64,000 nt of DNA from Casimicrobiaceae bacterium (GCA_044226265.1 JBGAHH010000006.1:6556-70555), one strand, 5' to 3'. Shown: positions 1 to 10,551, counted from the stretch's first letter. The notes: generated by a model not told the origin, from the letters alone. Made by a program: numbers and translations.

Positions 1-1
1 C

Positions 2-1228
2 GACCTCGAGCCCTGGTACGGCGAGGCCGAGCGCGAGCTCGGCGTCGCCGGGCCGTCGACCGAGGACTGGGGATCGCCGCGCAGCTCGCCGTTCCCGATG
101 CCGCAGGTGGCCCCCACCTACCTCGACGGCGTCGTCGCCGCGGCATGCTCGAAGGTCGGCCTGTCGATGGCGCCGTTCCCGCAGGCGCGCAACACGATCG
201 GCCGCGACGGCCGGCCGCCCTGCTGCGGCAACGCGTCGTGCGTGCCGATCTGCCCGATCGGCGCGAAATACGACGCGTCGATGCACGTCGCGAAGGCGGA
301 GGCCGCCGGCGCGCGCATCGAGGCGCTCGCGATCGCCCACGAGCTCGTCGTCGGCAGCGACGGCGCGATCGCCGCGGTGCGCTTCCTGCGCCCCGACGGC
401 AGCGTGAACGAGGCGCGCGGCAAGGTCTTCGTCGTCGCCGCGCACGCGATCGAGAGCGCGAAGCTCCTGCTGATGTCGCGCGACGCGCGCCGCTATCCGC
501 AGGGCGTCGCGAACTCGAGCGGCGCGGTGGGCCGCTACCTGTTGACGCAGCTCGACGCGGGCTACCTCGGCCTCTCGCGCGACCCGGTCTACCCGTACCG
601 CGGCCCGGTGTCGACGTCGGGCATCCGCGAGCTGCGCGACGGTCCGTTCCGCGGCAGCTACGGCGCCTCGGGCAGCTCGCCGTCGAACGAGGGCTGGTCG
701 CGCGCGGTGGGGCCGCTCAAGCTCGCGCGCGAGTTCGCCGCGAAGGGCATGCACGGCGCGGCGCTCGGCCGCGCGGTCAGCGACCACGCGTCGCGCGAGA
801 TCGCGATCGGGCCCTCGGTCGAGGTGCTGCCCGACGCCGACAACCGCGTGACGCTCGCGCTGGACCAGCGCGACCCGCTGGGCCTGCCGCGGCCGCGCAT
901 CGCGTTCCGCTTCGGCGACTACGAGAAGAAGGGGATGCAGATCGCGATGGAGTACATGCTGGGGCTCATGGATGCGCTCGGCGCGACGAGCGTGCAGAAG
1001 CTCGGCCCGGTCACCGACGGCGCGGTGATGGGCGGCACCTGCCGGATGGGGACGGACCCGACGACCTCGGTCGTCGACCGCGACTTGAGGTCGCACGACC
1101 ATCCGAACCTCTACATCGTCGGCTCCGCCGCGTTTCCGACGATCACGTCGAGCCCGCCGACGCTGTCGATCGCCGCGTTCGCGCTGCGCGCGGGCACGAC
1201 GATCCTCACGAAGCTCCGGCAGGCGTAG
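2..1228 (+). CDS. GMC-family FAD oxidoreductase, C-terminal part (5' end outside window)
   Basis: Frame is open from the window edge (DLEPWYGEAERELGVAG...). Motifs FVVAAHAIESAKLLLMS and GTCRMGTDP..VVD..LRSHDHPNLYIVGSAAFPT are typical of the GMC oxidoreductase C-terminal domain. Confidence 0.8.
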   Translation, partial: DLEPWYGEAERELGVAGPSTEDWGSPRSSPFPMPQVAPTYLDGVVAAACSKVGLSMAPFPQARNTIGRDGRPPCCGNASCVPICPIGAKYDASMHVAKAEAAGARIEALAIAHELVVGSDGAIAAVRFLRPDGSVNEARGKVFVVAAHAIESAKLLLMSRDARRYPQGVANSSGAVGRYLLTQLDAGYLGLSRDPVYPYRGPVSTSGIRELRDGPFRGSYGASGSSPSNEGWSRAVGPLKLAREFAAKGMHGAALGRAVSDHASREIAIGPSVEVLPDADNRVTLALDQRDPLGLPRPRIAFRFGDYEKKGMQIAMEYMLGLMDALGATSVQKLGPVTDGAVMGGTCRMGTDPTTSVVDRDLRSHDHPNLYIVGSAAFPTITSSPPTLSIAAFALRAGTTILTKLRQA

Positions 1229-1338
1229 GACGCAGGCGCGGCGTCGGCCGCGCACGGTCCCCGGGCGTTCGAGTCGACCGGCGCCCGCGTACGGACGTTC
1301 TCGCCGTCGTCGCGGATCACCGCGGCGACGCGCCGACG

Positions 1339-2316
1339 TCAGCGAACCAGCTCGTCCGCCTGGAGGCGCAACGCCTGCGGAACGTCGAGCCCGAGCGCCT
1401 CGGCCGTGCGGACGTTGATCGTGAGCTCGAACCGCGTCGGCCGCTCGACCGGCAGGTCGCCCGGCTTCGCGCCCCTGAGGATGCGGTCGACGTAGCTCGC
1501 GAACCGGAAGTAGAGGTCGGGGTAGTTCACCGAGTACGCGAGGAGCCCGCCCGCCGCGACGAACTCGCGCGCCGGATAGGCGGCCGGCAGGCGCGCCCGC
1601 GCCGCGAAGTCCACGATCGCGCGCCGATGCATCTGCGTGAGCCCGTCGAAGCCCACGACCAGCGCGTCGGCGTGCTCGCGCGCCGCGGCGTCGAACGCGC
1701 GCGCGAGGTCGGCGTCGCCGCGCACGTCGAGCAGGTCCGCGCGGATGCCGAGCGCGCGCGCCGCAGCCTGCGTTTCCTGCCACTCGATCGCCGCCGCCGG
1801 GTTGCCGAGGTTGTGCAGGAGCGCGACGTGCGACGTCGACGGCGCGAGCTCCTTGAGGAGCGCCAGGCGCCGCGCCGTCAGCTCGGTGCTGAACGTCGTG
1901 ACGCCGGTGACGTTGCCGCCCGGCTGCGCCAGGCTCGCGACGATCGTGCCCGGATCGCCCATCGTCGCCATCACGATCGGGACCTTCGACGTGGCCTCGC
2001 GCGCGGCGCGCGTGGCCGGCGTGCCGCGCGCCACGATCAGGTCGACCCGGCGGCGGACGAGATCGTCGGCCAGCGCGGGGAAACGCTCCGCGCGGCCATC
2101 GGACGACCGGTAGTCGATCGCGAGGTTGCGCCCCTCGACGTAGCCCGCCGCGGCCAGGCCCCGGCGGAACGCGTCGAGGTTCGCGGCGTTCTCGGCCGCG
2201 GGGATCGACTCGAGCATGCCGATGCGCCAGACGCGGACAGTCGCCTGCGCGCGCAGGAGCCCCGGGCCGGCGCAGAGTCCGGCGGTCATCGCGCGCAGCA
2301 AGGCCCGGCGTCGCAT
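1339..2316 (-). CDS. ABC transporter substrate-binding protein (ABC_sub_bind-type), exported
   Basis: 325 aa with an N-terminal signal-like segment. WRIGMLES...GYVEGRNLAIDYR...VDLIVARGTPATRAA...PIVMATMGDP...PGGNVTGV matches the family pattern as I remember it. Confidence 0.7.
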   Translation of the reverse strand: MRRRALLRAMTAGLCAGPGLLRAQATVRVWRIGMLESIPAAENAANLDAFRRGLAAAGYVEGRNLAIDYRSSDGRAERFPALADDLVRRRVDLIVARGTPATRAAREATSKVPIVMATMGDPGTIVASLAQPGGNVTGVTTFSTELTARRLALLKELAPSTSHVALLHNLGNPAAAIEWQETQAAARALGIRADLLDVRGDADLARAFDAAAREHADALVVGFDGLTQMHRRAIVDFAARARLPAAYPAREFVAAGGLLAYSVNYPDLYFRFASYVDRILRGAKPGDLPVERPTRFELTINVRTAEALGLDVPQALRLQADELVR

Positions 2317-2410
2317 CGCTTCTGGAGTCTCGTGACCGGCGCATTCTAGCCCCGCCGTCGCGCGCGCGGCGGCCGGAGCGGCCCCGCGGGGCGCGTACTA
2401 TCATCCCGCC

Positions 2411-4630
2411 ATGGTCGCCGTCGTCCGCGCCGTCGCCGAGTCCGCCGCCCCGCAGGCCGTCGCCGCGTGGCTCGAAGCGCTCGCGGGCACCTATCCGGCC
2501 GGCGATCTCGCGACGTTCCGGGCGGCGTTCGACTACGTTCGCGAGCGGGTGGGCGACGCCGCGGGCGCGGACGGCGAGAAGCTGGTCGACCGCGCGCTCG
2601 GCACCGCGGGCATCGTCGCGGGATTGCGGCTCGATCCGGCGTCGATCCGGTCCGCGCTCCTCTCGGTGCTGCCCGCTGCGAAGGCGTTCGACGCGGAGGA
2701 CGCCGGCGCGCGCTTCGGCGCCGACGCGGCATCGCTCGTCGCGGGCTTCGCGCGGATGGATTCGATCCGCGCGAGGCGGATCGGCGGGACGCCCGAGGAG
2801 CGGGCTGCGCAGTCCGAGAACCTGCGCAAGATGCTGCTCGCGATGGTCGAGGACATCCGCGTGGTGATCCTCAAGCTCGCCGAGCGGCTGGCCGCGCTGC
2901 GCTGGCTGATGTCCGCGGACGCGGCGCCCCGGCGCGAGGCGGCGCGCGAGGTGCTCGACCTCTACGCGCCGCTCGCGAACCGACTGGGCGTCTGGCAGAT
3001 CAAGTGGGAGCTCGAGGACCTGTCGCTCCGCGCGACCGAGCCGGAGACCTACAAGGAGATCGCGAAGCTGCTCGACGAGCGCCGCCTCGACCGGCAGCGC
3101 TACATCGAGGACGTGATCTCGACGCTCAGGCGGGAGCTCGCCTCGGCCCGCATCCCGGCCGACGTGTCCGGCCGCCCCAAGCACATCTTCAGCATCTGGA
3201 CGAAGATGCGGCGCAAGGGCTCCGGGATCGAGGGCCTCTACGACATCCGCGCGGTGCGCATCCTCGTCGACGACGTCAAGCAGTGCTACGCGGCGCTCGG
3301 CATCGTTCACCACCTGTGGACGCCGCTGCCGGGCGAGTTCGACGACTACATCGCGAAGCCGAAGGCGAACGACTACCGGTCGCTGCACACCGCGGTGATC
3401 GGCCCCGAGGGCAAGCCGCTCGAGGTGCAGATCCGCACGCGCGAGATGCACCAGCACAGCGAGTACGGCGTCGCCGCGCACTGGCGCTACAAGGAGGGCG
3501 CCGCCGCGGCGCGCGACCCGCGCTTCGAGGACCGGATCGCGTGGCTGCGGCAGGTGCTCGACTGGAAGGACGCGATCGCGGACACGAGCGAATGGCTCGC
3601 GGCGTTCAAGCAGTCGCTGTTCACCGACACGATCTACGTGCTCACCCCGCAGGGGAAGGTCGTCGACCTGCCGGCCGGGTCGACGCCGGTGGATTTCGCC
3701 TACGCGGTGCACACGAGCCTCGGCCACCGGTGCCGCGGCGCCAAGGTCGACGGCCACATGGTGCCGCTGTCGACGCCGCTCGCGAACGGCCAGCGCGTCG
3801 AGGTGCTGACGGTGAAGGAGGGCGGGCCTTCGCGGGACTGGCTGAACCCGGAGCTCGGCTTCGTCACGAGCCACCGGGCGCGCGCGAAGGTGCGCCAGTG
3901 GTTCAAGGCGCAGGCGCTCGACGAGACGCTCGCGCAGGGCCGCGCCGCCGTCGAGCGCGAGCTCGCGCGCGCAGGCGTGTCGCACCTGAACCTCGACCTC
4001 CTGGCGGCGAAGGCGGGCTACGCGAAGCCGGACGAGCTGTTCGTGGCGTTCGCGCGAGACGAGCTCAACCTGCGCCAGCTCCAGACCGCGATCCGCGACG
4101 CGTCGGCGCCCGAGCCCGCCGCGCCTGCGGCGGCGCCGGCAGCCGGGGCGGAAGGCGTCGTCACGCGCGCGAGCCGCGCGTCGGGGTCGGGCAGCGGCAT
4201 CCTGATCGTGGGCGTCGACCGGCTGATGACCGGGCTCGCGCGCTGCTGCAAGCCGGCGCCGCCCGACCCGATCGCGGGCTTCGTGACGCGCGGCAAGGGC
4301 ATCACGATCCATCGCGCGTCCTGCGTCAACCTCGCGCGCATCCGCGCGCGCGAGCCCGAGCGCCTGATCGATGCGGACTGGGGATCGAGGCGCGACGAGG
4401 TGTTCCCGGTCGACATCGTCGTCGAGTCGGGCGACCGGCCGGGGCTCCTGCGCGACATCTCGGAAGTGTTCTCGCGCGAGAAGATCAACGTGACCGCGGT
4501 CAACACGCTGACGAAGCATCACCTCGCGCGCATGAGCTTCACGATCGAGGTCGCCGGCGTCGAGCAGTTGAGGCGCGCGCTCGCGCTGGTGCGCGACGTG
4601 CCCGGCGTGCTCGCCGCCGGCCGGCGCTGA
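2411..4630 (+). CDS. relA: GTP pyrophosphokinase, RelA-type RSH protein
   Basis: 739 aa. Synthetase core (SGRPKHIFSIWTKMRRK, YRSLHTAV, EVQIRTREMH), TGS (IYVLTPQGKVVDLPAGSTPVDFAY) and C-terminal ACT-like region. The hydrolase-domain HD signature is not evident, so RelA rather than SpoT. Confidence 0.9.
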   Translation: MVAVVRAVAESAAPQAVAAWLEALAGTYPAGDLATFRAAFDYVRERVGDAAGADGEKLVDRALGTAGIVAGLRLDPASIRSALLSVLPAAKAFDAEDAGARFGADAASLVAGFARMDSIRARRIGGTPEERAAQSENLRKMLLAMVEDIRVVILKLAERLAALRWLMSADAAPRREAAREVLDLYAPLANRLGVWQIKWELEDLSLRATEPETYKEIAKLLDERRLDRQRYIEDVISTLRRELASARIPADVSGRPKHIFSIWTKMRRKGSGIEGLYDIRAVRILVDDVKQCYAALGIVHHLWTPLPGEFDDYIAKPKANDYRSLHTAVIGPEGKPLEVQIRTREMHQHSEYGVAAHWRYKEGAAAARDPRFEDRIAWLRQVLDWKDAIADTSEWLAAFKQSLFTDTIYVLTPQGKVVDLPAGSTPVDFAYAVHTSLGHRCRGAKVDGHMVPLSTPLANGQRVEVLTVKEGGPSRDWLNPELGFVTSHRARAKVRQWFKAQALDETLAQGRAAVERELARAGVSHLNLDLLAAKAGYAKPDELFVAFARDELNLRQLQTAIRDASAPEPAAPAAAPAAGAEGVVTRASRASGSGSGILIVGVDRLMTGLARCCKPAPPDPIAGFVTRGKGITIHRASCVNLARIRAREPERLIDADWGSRRDEVFPVDIVVESGDRPGLLRDISEVFSREKINVTAVNTLTKHHLARMSFTIEVAGVEQLRRALALVRDVPGVLAAGRR

Positions 4631-4659
4631 GGCGCACGGGGCCGAAGGACCACGCCTCC

Positions 4660-4716
4660 GTGGGTCGGGCTTCCGCCCGACCTGCGAAGCCCGGGTATCA
4701 GCCCGACGCCTTCAGG
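4660..4716. repeat. REP-like palindromic element between convergent relA and DUF202 genes
   Basis: GGTCGGGC-TTCC-GCCCGACC perfect 8-bp stem at 4663-4682, followed by a second CAGCCCGAC half-site. Same motif family as 6201-6301 and 36240-36385. Confidence 0.5.
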
Positions 4717-5077
4717 TCAGCGCGAGGTAGATCGCCAGCGCGCCGCCGAGCGCGGCGAACGCGAGCGAGAACGCGACCGCCCAGCCGATCCGGTAGCTCG
4801 TCGGCAGGTCGTCGGCGGGCAGCGTCCGCACGAAGCGCGCCTGCTGGACGCTCGCGAACACGATGATGGCGGCGCCCGCCGCGACGAGCAGCGTGCCGAT
4901 GACGCTCGACGCGGTCGTGTGGAGCGCGGGCACCGGCTGGCCGGACGAGCGCGCGACCAGGCTCACGAACAGCCCGAAGCGCTCGACGACGAAGCCCAGC
5001 GCCATCACGGTGATGCCGGTGCGCACCCAGGCGAGGAGGGTGCGCTCTGCGGCGAAGAAGACGCGGGGATCGTTCAT
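4712..5077 (-). CDS. DUF202 (YidH-like) small membrane protein
   Basis: 121 aa. N-terminal FFAAERTLLAWVRTG motif and three hydrophobic segments. Confidence 0.75.
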   Translation of the reverse strand: MNDPRVFFAAERTLLAWVRTGITVMALGFVVERFGLFVSLVARSSGQPVPALHTTASSVIGTLLVAAGAAIIVFASVQQARFVRTLPADDLPTSYRIGWAVAFSLAFAALGGALAIYLALT

Positions 5078-5168
5078 CGTTCACAATGTGGCGCGCCAGA
5101 TGGCGGCTCGACGCAAGCCTAGCCGACCGGAGCCTTCCGCCGCAACCACGGGAACCCGAGGAGACACG

Positions 5169-6152
5169 ATGTCGTCGAGATCGCATGCCGGCCGCTTCGC
5201 CGCGGCGCTGCTCGCGGGGGCCGTCGCCCTCGCCGCCGTCCCCGCCGGCGCGGCGTGGCCCGAGAAGCCCATCACGATCGTCGCGCCGTCGACGCCGGGC
5301 GACGCCCCCGACGTGATCGCGCGGGCGCTCGCGCAGAAGCTGGGCGAGTCGCTGGGCCAGCCGGTGGTCGTCGAGAACAAGCCGGGCGCGGGCGGCGTCG
5401 TGGGGTCCGACTACACGGCGCACCGGCCCCCCGACGGCTACACGCTCATCATGGGCAACGCAGGCTCGCACGGCATCAACGCGGCGCTCTACACGAAGCT
5501 TCCCTACGACCCGGTCAGGGCGTTCGCGCCGGTCGCGCTCGTGTCGACCGCGCCGAACCTGATGGTGGTGACGCCGTCGCTGCCCGCGTCCACGGTCGCC
5601 GAGTTCATCGCGTACGCGAAGGCCCATCCGGGCGCGATCTCGTACGCGTCGGGCGGCAACGGAAGCTCGGCGCACCTGTCGGCCGAGCTCTTCAAGCTGA
5701 TGACCGGCATCGAGATGACGCACGTGCCGTACAAGGGCGCGTCGCCCGCGATCACCGACGTGATCGCCGGCAACGCGCAGGTCTTCATCGGCAACCTGCC
5801 GCCCATCTTGCCGCAGGTGAAGGCGGGCAAGCTCCGCGCGCTCGGCGTCACGACGCTGACGCGCTCGCCCGACCTCCCGGACGTACCGACGATCGCGGAA
5901 GCCGGCGTGCCCGGCTACGAGACCGTCGCGTGGTTCGGCGTGTTCGCGCCGGCGGCGACGCCGCGCGAGGTCGTCGAGCGCCTGAACGCGGAGATCAACC
6001 GGATCCTGGCGACGCCCGAGTTCCGCGACACGCTCACGAAGCTCGGCACCGTCCCGGCGCCGGGCACGCCCGAGGCGTTCGCGAAGCGAATCGACGCGGA
6101 CGTCGCGAAGTGGAAGCGCGTCGTCGAGGCGGGGAAGATCAAGGTCGACTGA
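5169..6152 (+). CDS. Bug-family (TctC-like) tripartite tricarboxylate transporter substrate-binding protein
   Basis: ATG at 5169 preceded by GAGGAGA. Signal peptide, then PITIVAPSTPG...VVVENKPGAGG...YASGGNGSSAHL...HVPYKGASPAITDVIAG, characteristic of the Bug/TctC family. The longer ORF-track start at 4863 overlaps the opposite-strand gene. Confidence 0.9.
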   Translation: MSSRSHAGRFAAALLAGAVALAAVPAGAAWPEKPITIVAPSTPGDAPDVIARALAQKLGESLGQPVVVENKPGAGGVVGSDYTAHRPPDGYTLIMGNAGSHGINAALYTKLPYDPVRAFAPVALVSTAPNLMVVTPSLPASTVAEFIAYAKAHPGAISYASGGNGSSAHLSAELFKLMTGIEMTHVPYKGASPAITDVIAGNAQVFIGNLPPILPQVKAGKLRALGVTTLTRSPDLPDVPTIAEAGVPGYETVAWFGVFAPAATPREVVERLNAEINRILATPEFRDTLTKLGTVPAPGTPEAFAKRIDADVAKWKRVVEAGKIKVD

Positions 6153-6200
6153 GGGCCGTCGCCTTCGGGTTCGCCGATCGGGCGGCGGCCCGGCCGCCGT

Positions 6201-6301
6201 TGTGGGTCGGGCTGCAGCCCGACGGGGCCCGGATGGATGGCCGCGAAAGGACGTCGGCCTGAAGGCCGACCCACATGCAAAGCGCCGGCCTCAAGGCCGA
6301 C
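6201..6301. repeat. Cluster of three REP-like palindromes (BIME-like arrangement)
   Basis: GTCGGGCTGCAGCCCGAC (6206-6223), GTCGGCCTGAAGGCCGAC (6253-6270), GCCGGCCTCAAGGCCGAC (6284-6301). Outer arms TGTGGGTCGG (6201-6210) and CCGACCCACA (6266-6275) are inverted. Confidence 0.6.
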
Positions 6302-6314
6302 TCCCTGGAGCGCG

Positions 6315-6866
6315 CTACGCGGGAATGAATCGCAGCGACACGCCGTTGTTGCACCAACGCTGCCCGGTGGGCGGCGGGCCGTCGTCGAACACGTGCCCGT
6401 GGTGGCCGCCGCACTTCGCGCAGTGGTACTCGATGCGCGTGTAGATGAGCTTGCTGTCCGTCGACGTGTCGAACGCGCCGGGGATCGTCGTGAAGAACGA
6501 CGGCCAGCCCGTGCCGCTGTCGAACTTCATCGCCGAGGTGAACACCGGCAGCGAGCAGCCCGCGCAGACGTAGACGCCCTTGCGCTTCTCGTGGTTGAGC
6601 TTGCTCGAGAACGGGTACTCGGTGCCTTCCTCGCGCAGCACGACGTACGCCTCCGGCGCGAGGAGCTTCTTCCAGGCATCCTTCGACAGCGTGACCGGCG
6701 TCGCGTCGGCGGCGACCTTCGCGTCCTTCGCGAGCAGCGCGCGCCAGCCGCTGCGCAGCTCCTCGACCTGCGGCGAGGTGCCGCCGGGGGGCGTGGGGCC
6801 CGCGGCGACCGCGGTGCGGAGGAACGGCAGCATGCCGAAGAGGGTGAGGATCGAGCGGCGGGTCAT
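6315..6866 (-). CDS. msrB: Peptide-methionine (R)-S-oxide reductase MsrB with N-terminal export signal
   Basis: Start ATG at 6866 with AGGAGA upstream. MTRRSILTLFGMLPFLRTAVAA signal, two CxxC pairs (CAGC, CAKC), GTGWPSF and RWCNNG catalytic region. Confidence 0.85.
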   Translation of the reverse strand: MTRRSILTLFGMLPFLRTAVAAGPTPPGGTSPQVEELRSGWRALLAKDAKVAADATPVTLSKDAWKKLLAPEAYVVLREEGTEYPFSSKLNHEKRKGVYVCAGCSLPVFTSAMKFDSGTGWPSFFTTIPGAFDTSTDSKLIYTRIEYHCAKCGGHHGHVFDDGPPPTGQRWCNNGVSLRFIPA

Positions 6867-6974
6867 CTTGGTCTCCTGCGGTCTGCCCTGCACGGGATGA
6901 GACTCCCGCGCCCCCGGGAGGGTTCCGGGAAGGGGCCCGCGGGGTTCAGTCGCCATGGCGGTCGGCAGCTTACA

Positions 6975-8051
6975 TCACAGCCGCAGCGGCGCCCCGTAGC
7001 CGGTCAGCTCGAGGTAGCCGCGCCCGAGCGGCCGTCCCGACGCGCTCGCGCGAACCGCGCCTTCCCAGTAGACGGTGCCGACGCTCGCGCGCGCGTCGAG
7101 CTCCTGGTCGTCCATCAGCGGCTCGACGGCGAACGCGAGGTCGCCCGCGCGCACGTCGAACGCGACCGCGTACTCGATGCCGGTGCGCGGCGAGCGCCAG
7201 GCGCGGCGCGGGACGAACGCGATCTCGCCCGGATCGAAGCGTCGCACGCGTCCCGAGGCGTCGCGCAGCGTGCCGCCCGCCCAGAACGCGCCGCCGTCCT
7301 GCGCGCGGATCCGGAACGCCATGAGCGCGCCGCCGTCGTCGAGGTTCATGCCGATCCAGTCCCAGCCGGCGGCCTCCGGCGCGAGGTAGGCGCTCGACCA
7401 TTCGTGGTCGAGCCACGCGGTCCCCGTCACCGCGCGCGCCGTGCCGCCGAGCGTGATCGTTCCGGCGACGGCGAGCTGCGGCACGCTGTAGTAGCCGCTC
7501 GCCTGCCCCGGGCGCGGCCCCTTGCGCGAGACGCCGCGCTCGCCTTGCAGCAGCGGCGTCTGCGTCGCCCGGAAGGCGAGGTCGAGCGCGAACTCGCGCG
7601 CGGGGACGATCGCGCGCCAGGCTTCTCCGCCGCCGACGAGCGACCAGCGGTCGAGGCGCACGTCGGTGGTTCCCTCCGACGCGCGAGCGAGGCCGAAACC
7701 CGCGCGCGCCGCGCGCTGGTCGTGCACGAGGCGGCCGACGTCCGCTTCCGCGATCGCCGCGTGCGCGAACAGGAGCTCCCGCGGCGCGAACGCGCTCGCC
7801 GAGGCCTCGGCCACGCCAGGCCGGCTGCGGAAGAACGTCACCTGCACGCCGCGCTCGACGCCGCGGTCGTCGGCGGTCCAGCCGGTGACGTACCACCATT
7901 CGGTGCGAAACGCCGGATGGCTGCCGTGGTCGCGCGGAAACGCGATCGCGAGGTCGGGGCCGACGTCCGGCCACGCGACCTCGCCCACGGCCGCACGCGG
8001 CAGCGTCGCGAGCGCGAGCGCCTGCAGCAGGCGGCGCCGCGACGGGCTCAC
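6975..8051 (-). CDS. AttH-like lipocalin / carotenoid 1,2-hydratase-like exported protein
   Basis: GTG start at 8051 overlaps the permease stop by 4 nt (GTGA). FPRDHGSHPAFRTEWWYVTGW...GYYSVPQL...TAWLDHEWSS motif series typical of the AttH/CrtC-like family found next to FtsX-type ABC permeases. Confidence 0.7.
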   Translation of the reverse strand: MSPSRRRLLQALALATLPRAAVGEVAWPDVGPDLAIAFPRDHGSHPAFRTEWWYVTGWTADDRGVERGVQVTFFRSRPGVAEASASAFAPRELLFAHAAIAEADVGRLVHDQRAARAGFGLARASEGTTDVRLDRWSLVGGGEAWRAIVPAREFALDLAFRATQTPLLQGERGVSRKGPRPGQASGYYSVPQLAVAGTITLGGTARAVTGTAWLDHEWSSAYLAPEAAGWDWIGMNLDDGGALMAFRIRAQDGGAFWAGGTLRDASGRVRRFDPGEIAFVPRRAWRSPRTGIEYAVAFDVRAGDLAFAVEPLMDDQELDARASVGTVYWEGAVRASASGRPLGRGYLELTGYGAPLRL

Positions 8052-10551
8052 CAGTCGTCCTTCACCGCCAGCGCGGGCTCGCCGCCGGTCGCGCGCCGCG
8101 CGCTCGCCAGCGCGGTGATCGCCGCTGCCGCGAGCAACGCGGCCGAGAACGCCGCGAGCTGGCCCCACGGCGGGTGCAGGTCCATGCTCCAGCCGAATGA
8201 CTGGCGGTTCACTACGTGCACGAGGACCAGGCTGATCGCGCCGCCGAGCGCGAGCCCGATGACGAGTCCGACCGCGCTGACGACCAGGCCCTCGACGCCG
8301 AGCATCGCGCCGACCGCGCGGCGCGTCATGCCGAGGTGGCGGAGCACGCCGAATTCGCGGCGGCGCGCGAGCGCGAGCGCGCCGAACGACGCCGACAGCC
8401 CGACCAGCCCGATCACGATGGCGACCGCCTCGAGCACGTAGGTGACGGCGAAGGTCCGGTCGAAGACGGCGAGCGAGATCTCGCGCATCTCGCCGGGCGT
8501 CGCGATCGCGAGGCGCCCTTCGCCGAACCGGGCATCGATCGCGTCGCGCACGCGCTCGGCGCGCGCGCCGGGCGCGAGCCACAGCGCCGCATCGCCGACG
8601 CGATCCTCGCCGACGAGCCTTCGGTACACCTCGCGCTCGACGACCACGGTGCCGGTCTGCCGCGCGTAGTCGCGCCACACGCCCGCCACCGCGAACGCCG
8701 CGTTGCGCCCGCCGATCGGCAGCTCGATCCGGTCGCCCGGCGCGACCCGGTAGCGATCGGCGAACGCCTCGCTCACCCACGCGGGCGGCAGCGCGTGGTC
8801 GAGCGTCGCCGCGGGCTCGCCGACGATCGGCAGCCGCTCGGCGGCGGTCGACGCATCGAGGTCGCGGGCGATCAGCGTGACCGGCGCCTCGTCGTCGCGC
8901 ACCAGGATGCGCGTCGCGCGCAGGAACTCGGCGCGGCGCACGCCGGGAATCGCCTCGAGCGCGCGCTGGTCGTCGGCCGAGAGCCAGCCCGTGCCTCCCG
9001 CGCTTCCGGCGCGCACGTAGAGATCCGCGGGCAGCATGCGGTCGAGCCACGCCGAGAGCGAATCGCGGAACGACGCGACCATGATCGCCATCGACACCGC
9101 GAGCGCGACGGCGGCGACGATCGCCGCGAGGCTCACCGTCGCCTGTCCCGGCGCCGCGCGAAGGCTGTCGAGTGCGAGCGAGGCCGCTGGCGGCCGCGGC
9201 GTCGGGACGAGCGAGAGCAGCGCGCGCGCGAGGCGGGGCAGGAGCAGGAGCGTGCCGACGAGCATCAGCGCGATCGCGGCGTAGCCGAACAGCGGCAGGC
9301 CCGCGACCGGCGGGAGCGCGACCACCAGCGCGGAGGCGGCGAGGCAGGCGAGCCCCGGCCGGGGCGGAGCGAGCCGCGCGAACGCGGACGCGTCGTCGCC
9401 CGCGCGGATGGCCGCGGCGGGCGACGCGCTCGCGGCCTCGACGGCGGGGAGCCACGCGCCGGCGGCGGCCGCGGCGATCCCGAGCGCGGCGAACGCCAGC
9501 GCGTCGGCGGCCGAGAACGCGAGCGAGGGGGCCTCGCCGCGAAAGAAGCCCGCGCCCAGGTCGGCGCCCACCACGCGGAGGAGCAGGGCCGCCAGCGCGT
9601 AGCCTGCGGCGATCCCGATCGCGGCCCCGGCCGTGCCGACCAGCGCGCCTTCGCCGAGCAGCAGCGCGACGAGCGTCCGCCTCGGCAGGCCGAGCGTGCG
9701 CAGGAGCGCGAGCTGCGTGCGGCGGCGGACGACCGAAAGCGCCTGCGTCGAGAACACGAGCAGGCTGCCGGTGAACAACGCGACGAGCGACAGCACGTCG
9801 AGGTTCACGCGATACGCGCGCGTCATGCGCGCCGCGAGCCCCGCGGTCTCGGCCGGCCGCTCGACGGCGACGCCCGCGGGCAGCAGCGCCGCGATCGCCG
9901 CGCGGGCATCGTCGACGCTCGCGCCCGGCGCGACGCGCAGGTCGATGCGCGACAGGCGACCGAGGCGGCCGAACGCATCCTGCGCTGCCGCGATGTCGAC
10001 GACGCCCAGCCGCAGTCCGCTTGCCGCCGCGACGGCGCCCGCCACGACGAAGGGCATGGTGGCGGTGCCGACCTGCACGTCGAGCTTCGCGCCGCGCGCG
10101 ACGCCGAGCGACGCGATCGCCGCGCGCGACAGGAAGATCCGGTCGGCGCGCAGGAGGTCGAGCGCGTCGCCGCCCTGGCCCACGAGCGCGGGCGTCACCG
10201 CCGCCGCGCGGAACGCGTCGACGCCGACGACGCGCAGCGACTCGTCGCGCGACGGCAGGTGCGCGTCGACTTCGACGACCGGCGAGGCGACGGCGATCGA
10301 CGGCAGGCGCGCGATCGACGCGTAGACCGACTCGTCGAACCCGTCGACGGGGCCGCGCACGACGAGGTCGGCCGCGCCCGAGAGCGTCGCGACGCCCGAC
10401 GTGAACTCGGCGACCGCCGTGCGATTCACGGCCTGGATCGCGAACCCGAGCGCCACGCCGAGCGCGATCGCCAGCGTCGCGATCGCGGTGCGGCCGCGGT
10501 TCGCGCCGAAAGCGCCGCGCATCACCGCGCGGGCGACGTCGCGCGTCGGCG

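Noticed and set aside
145-2349. 734-aa ORF overlapping the GMC oxidoreductase frame and the antisense of the binding-protein gene
   Set aside because: It is an alternative frame of real genes with Arg-rich low-complexity translation. The same reasoning applies to the other long Arg/Pro/Ala-rich track ORFs (for example 6237-8441, 11797-13917, 19022-21199, 49933-52062, 56055-58934).
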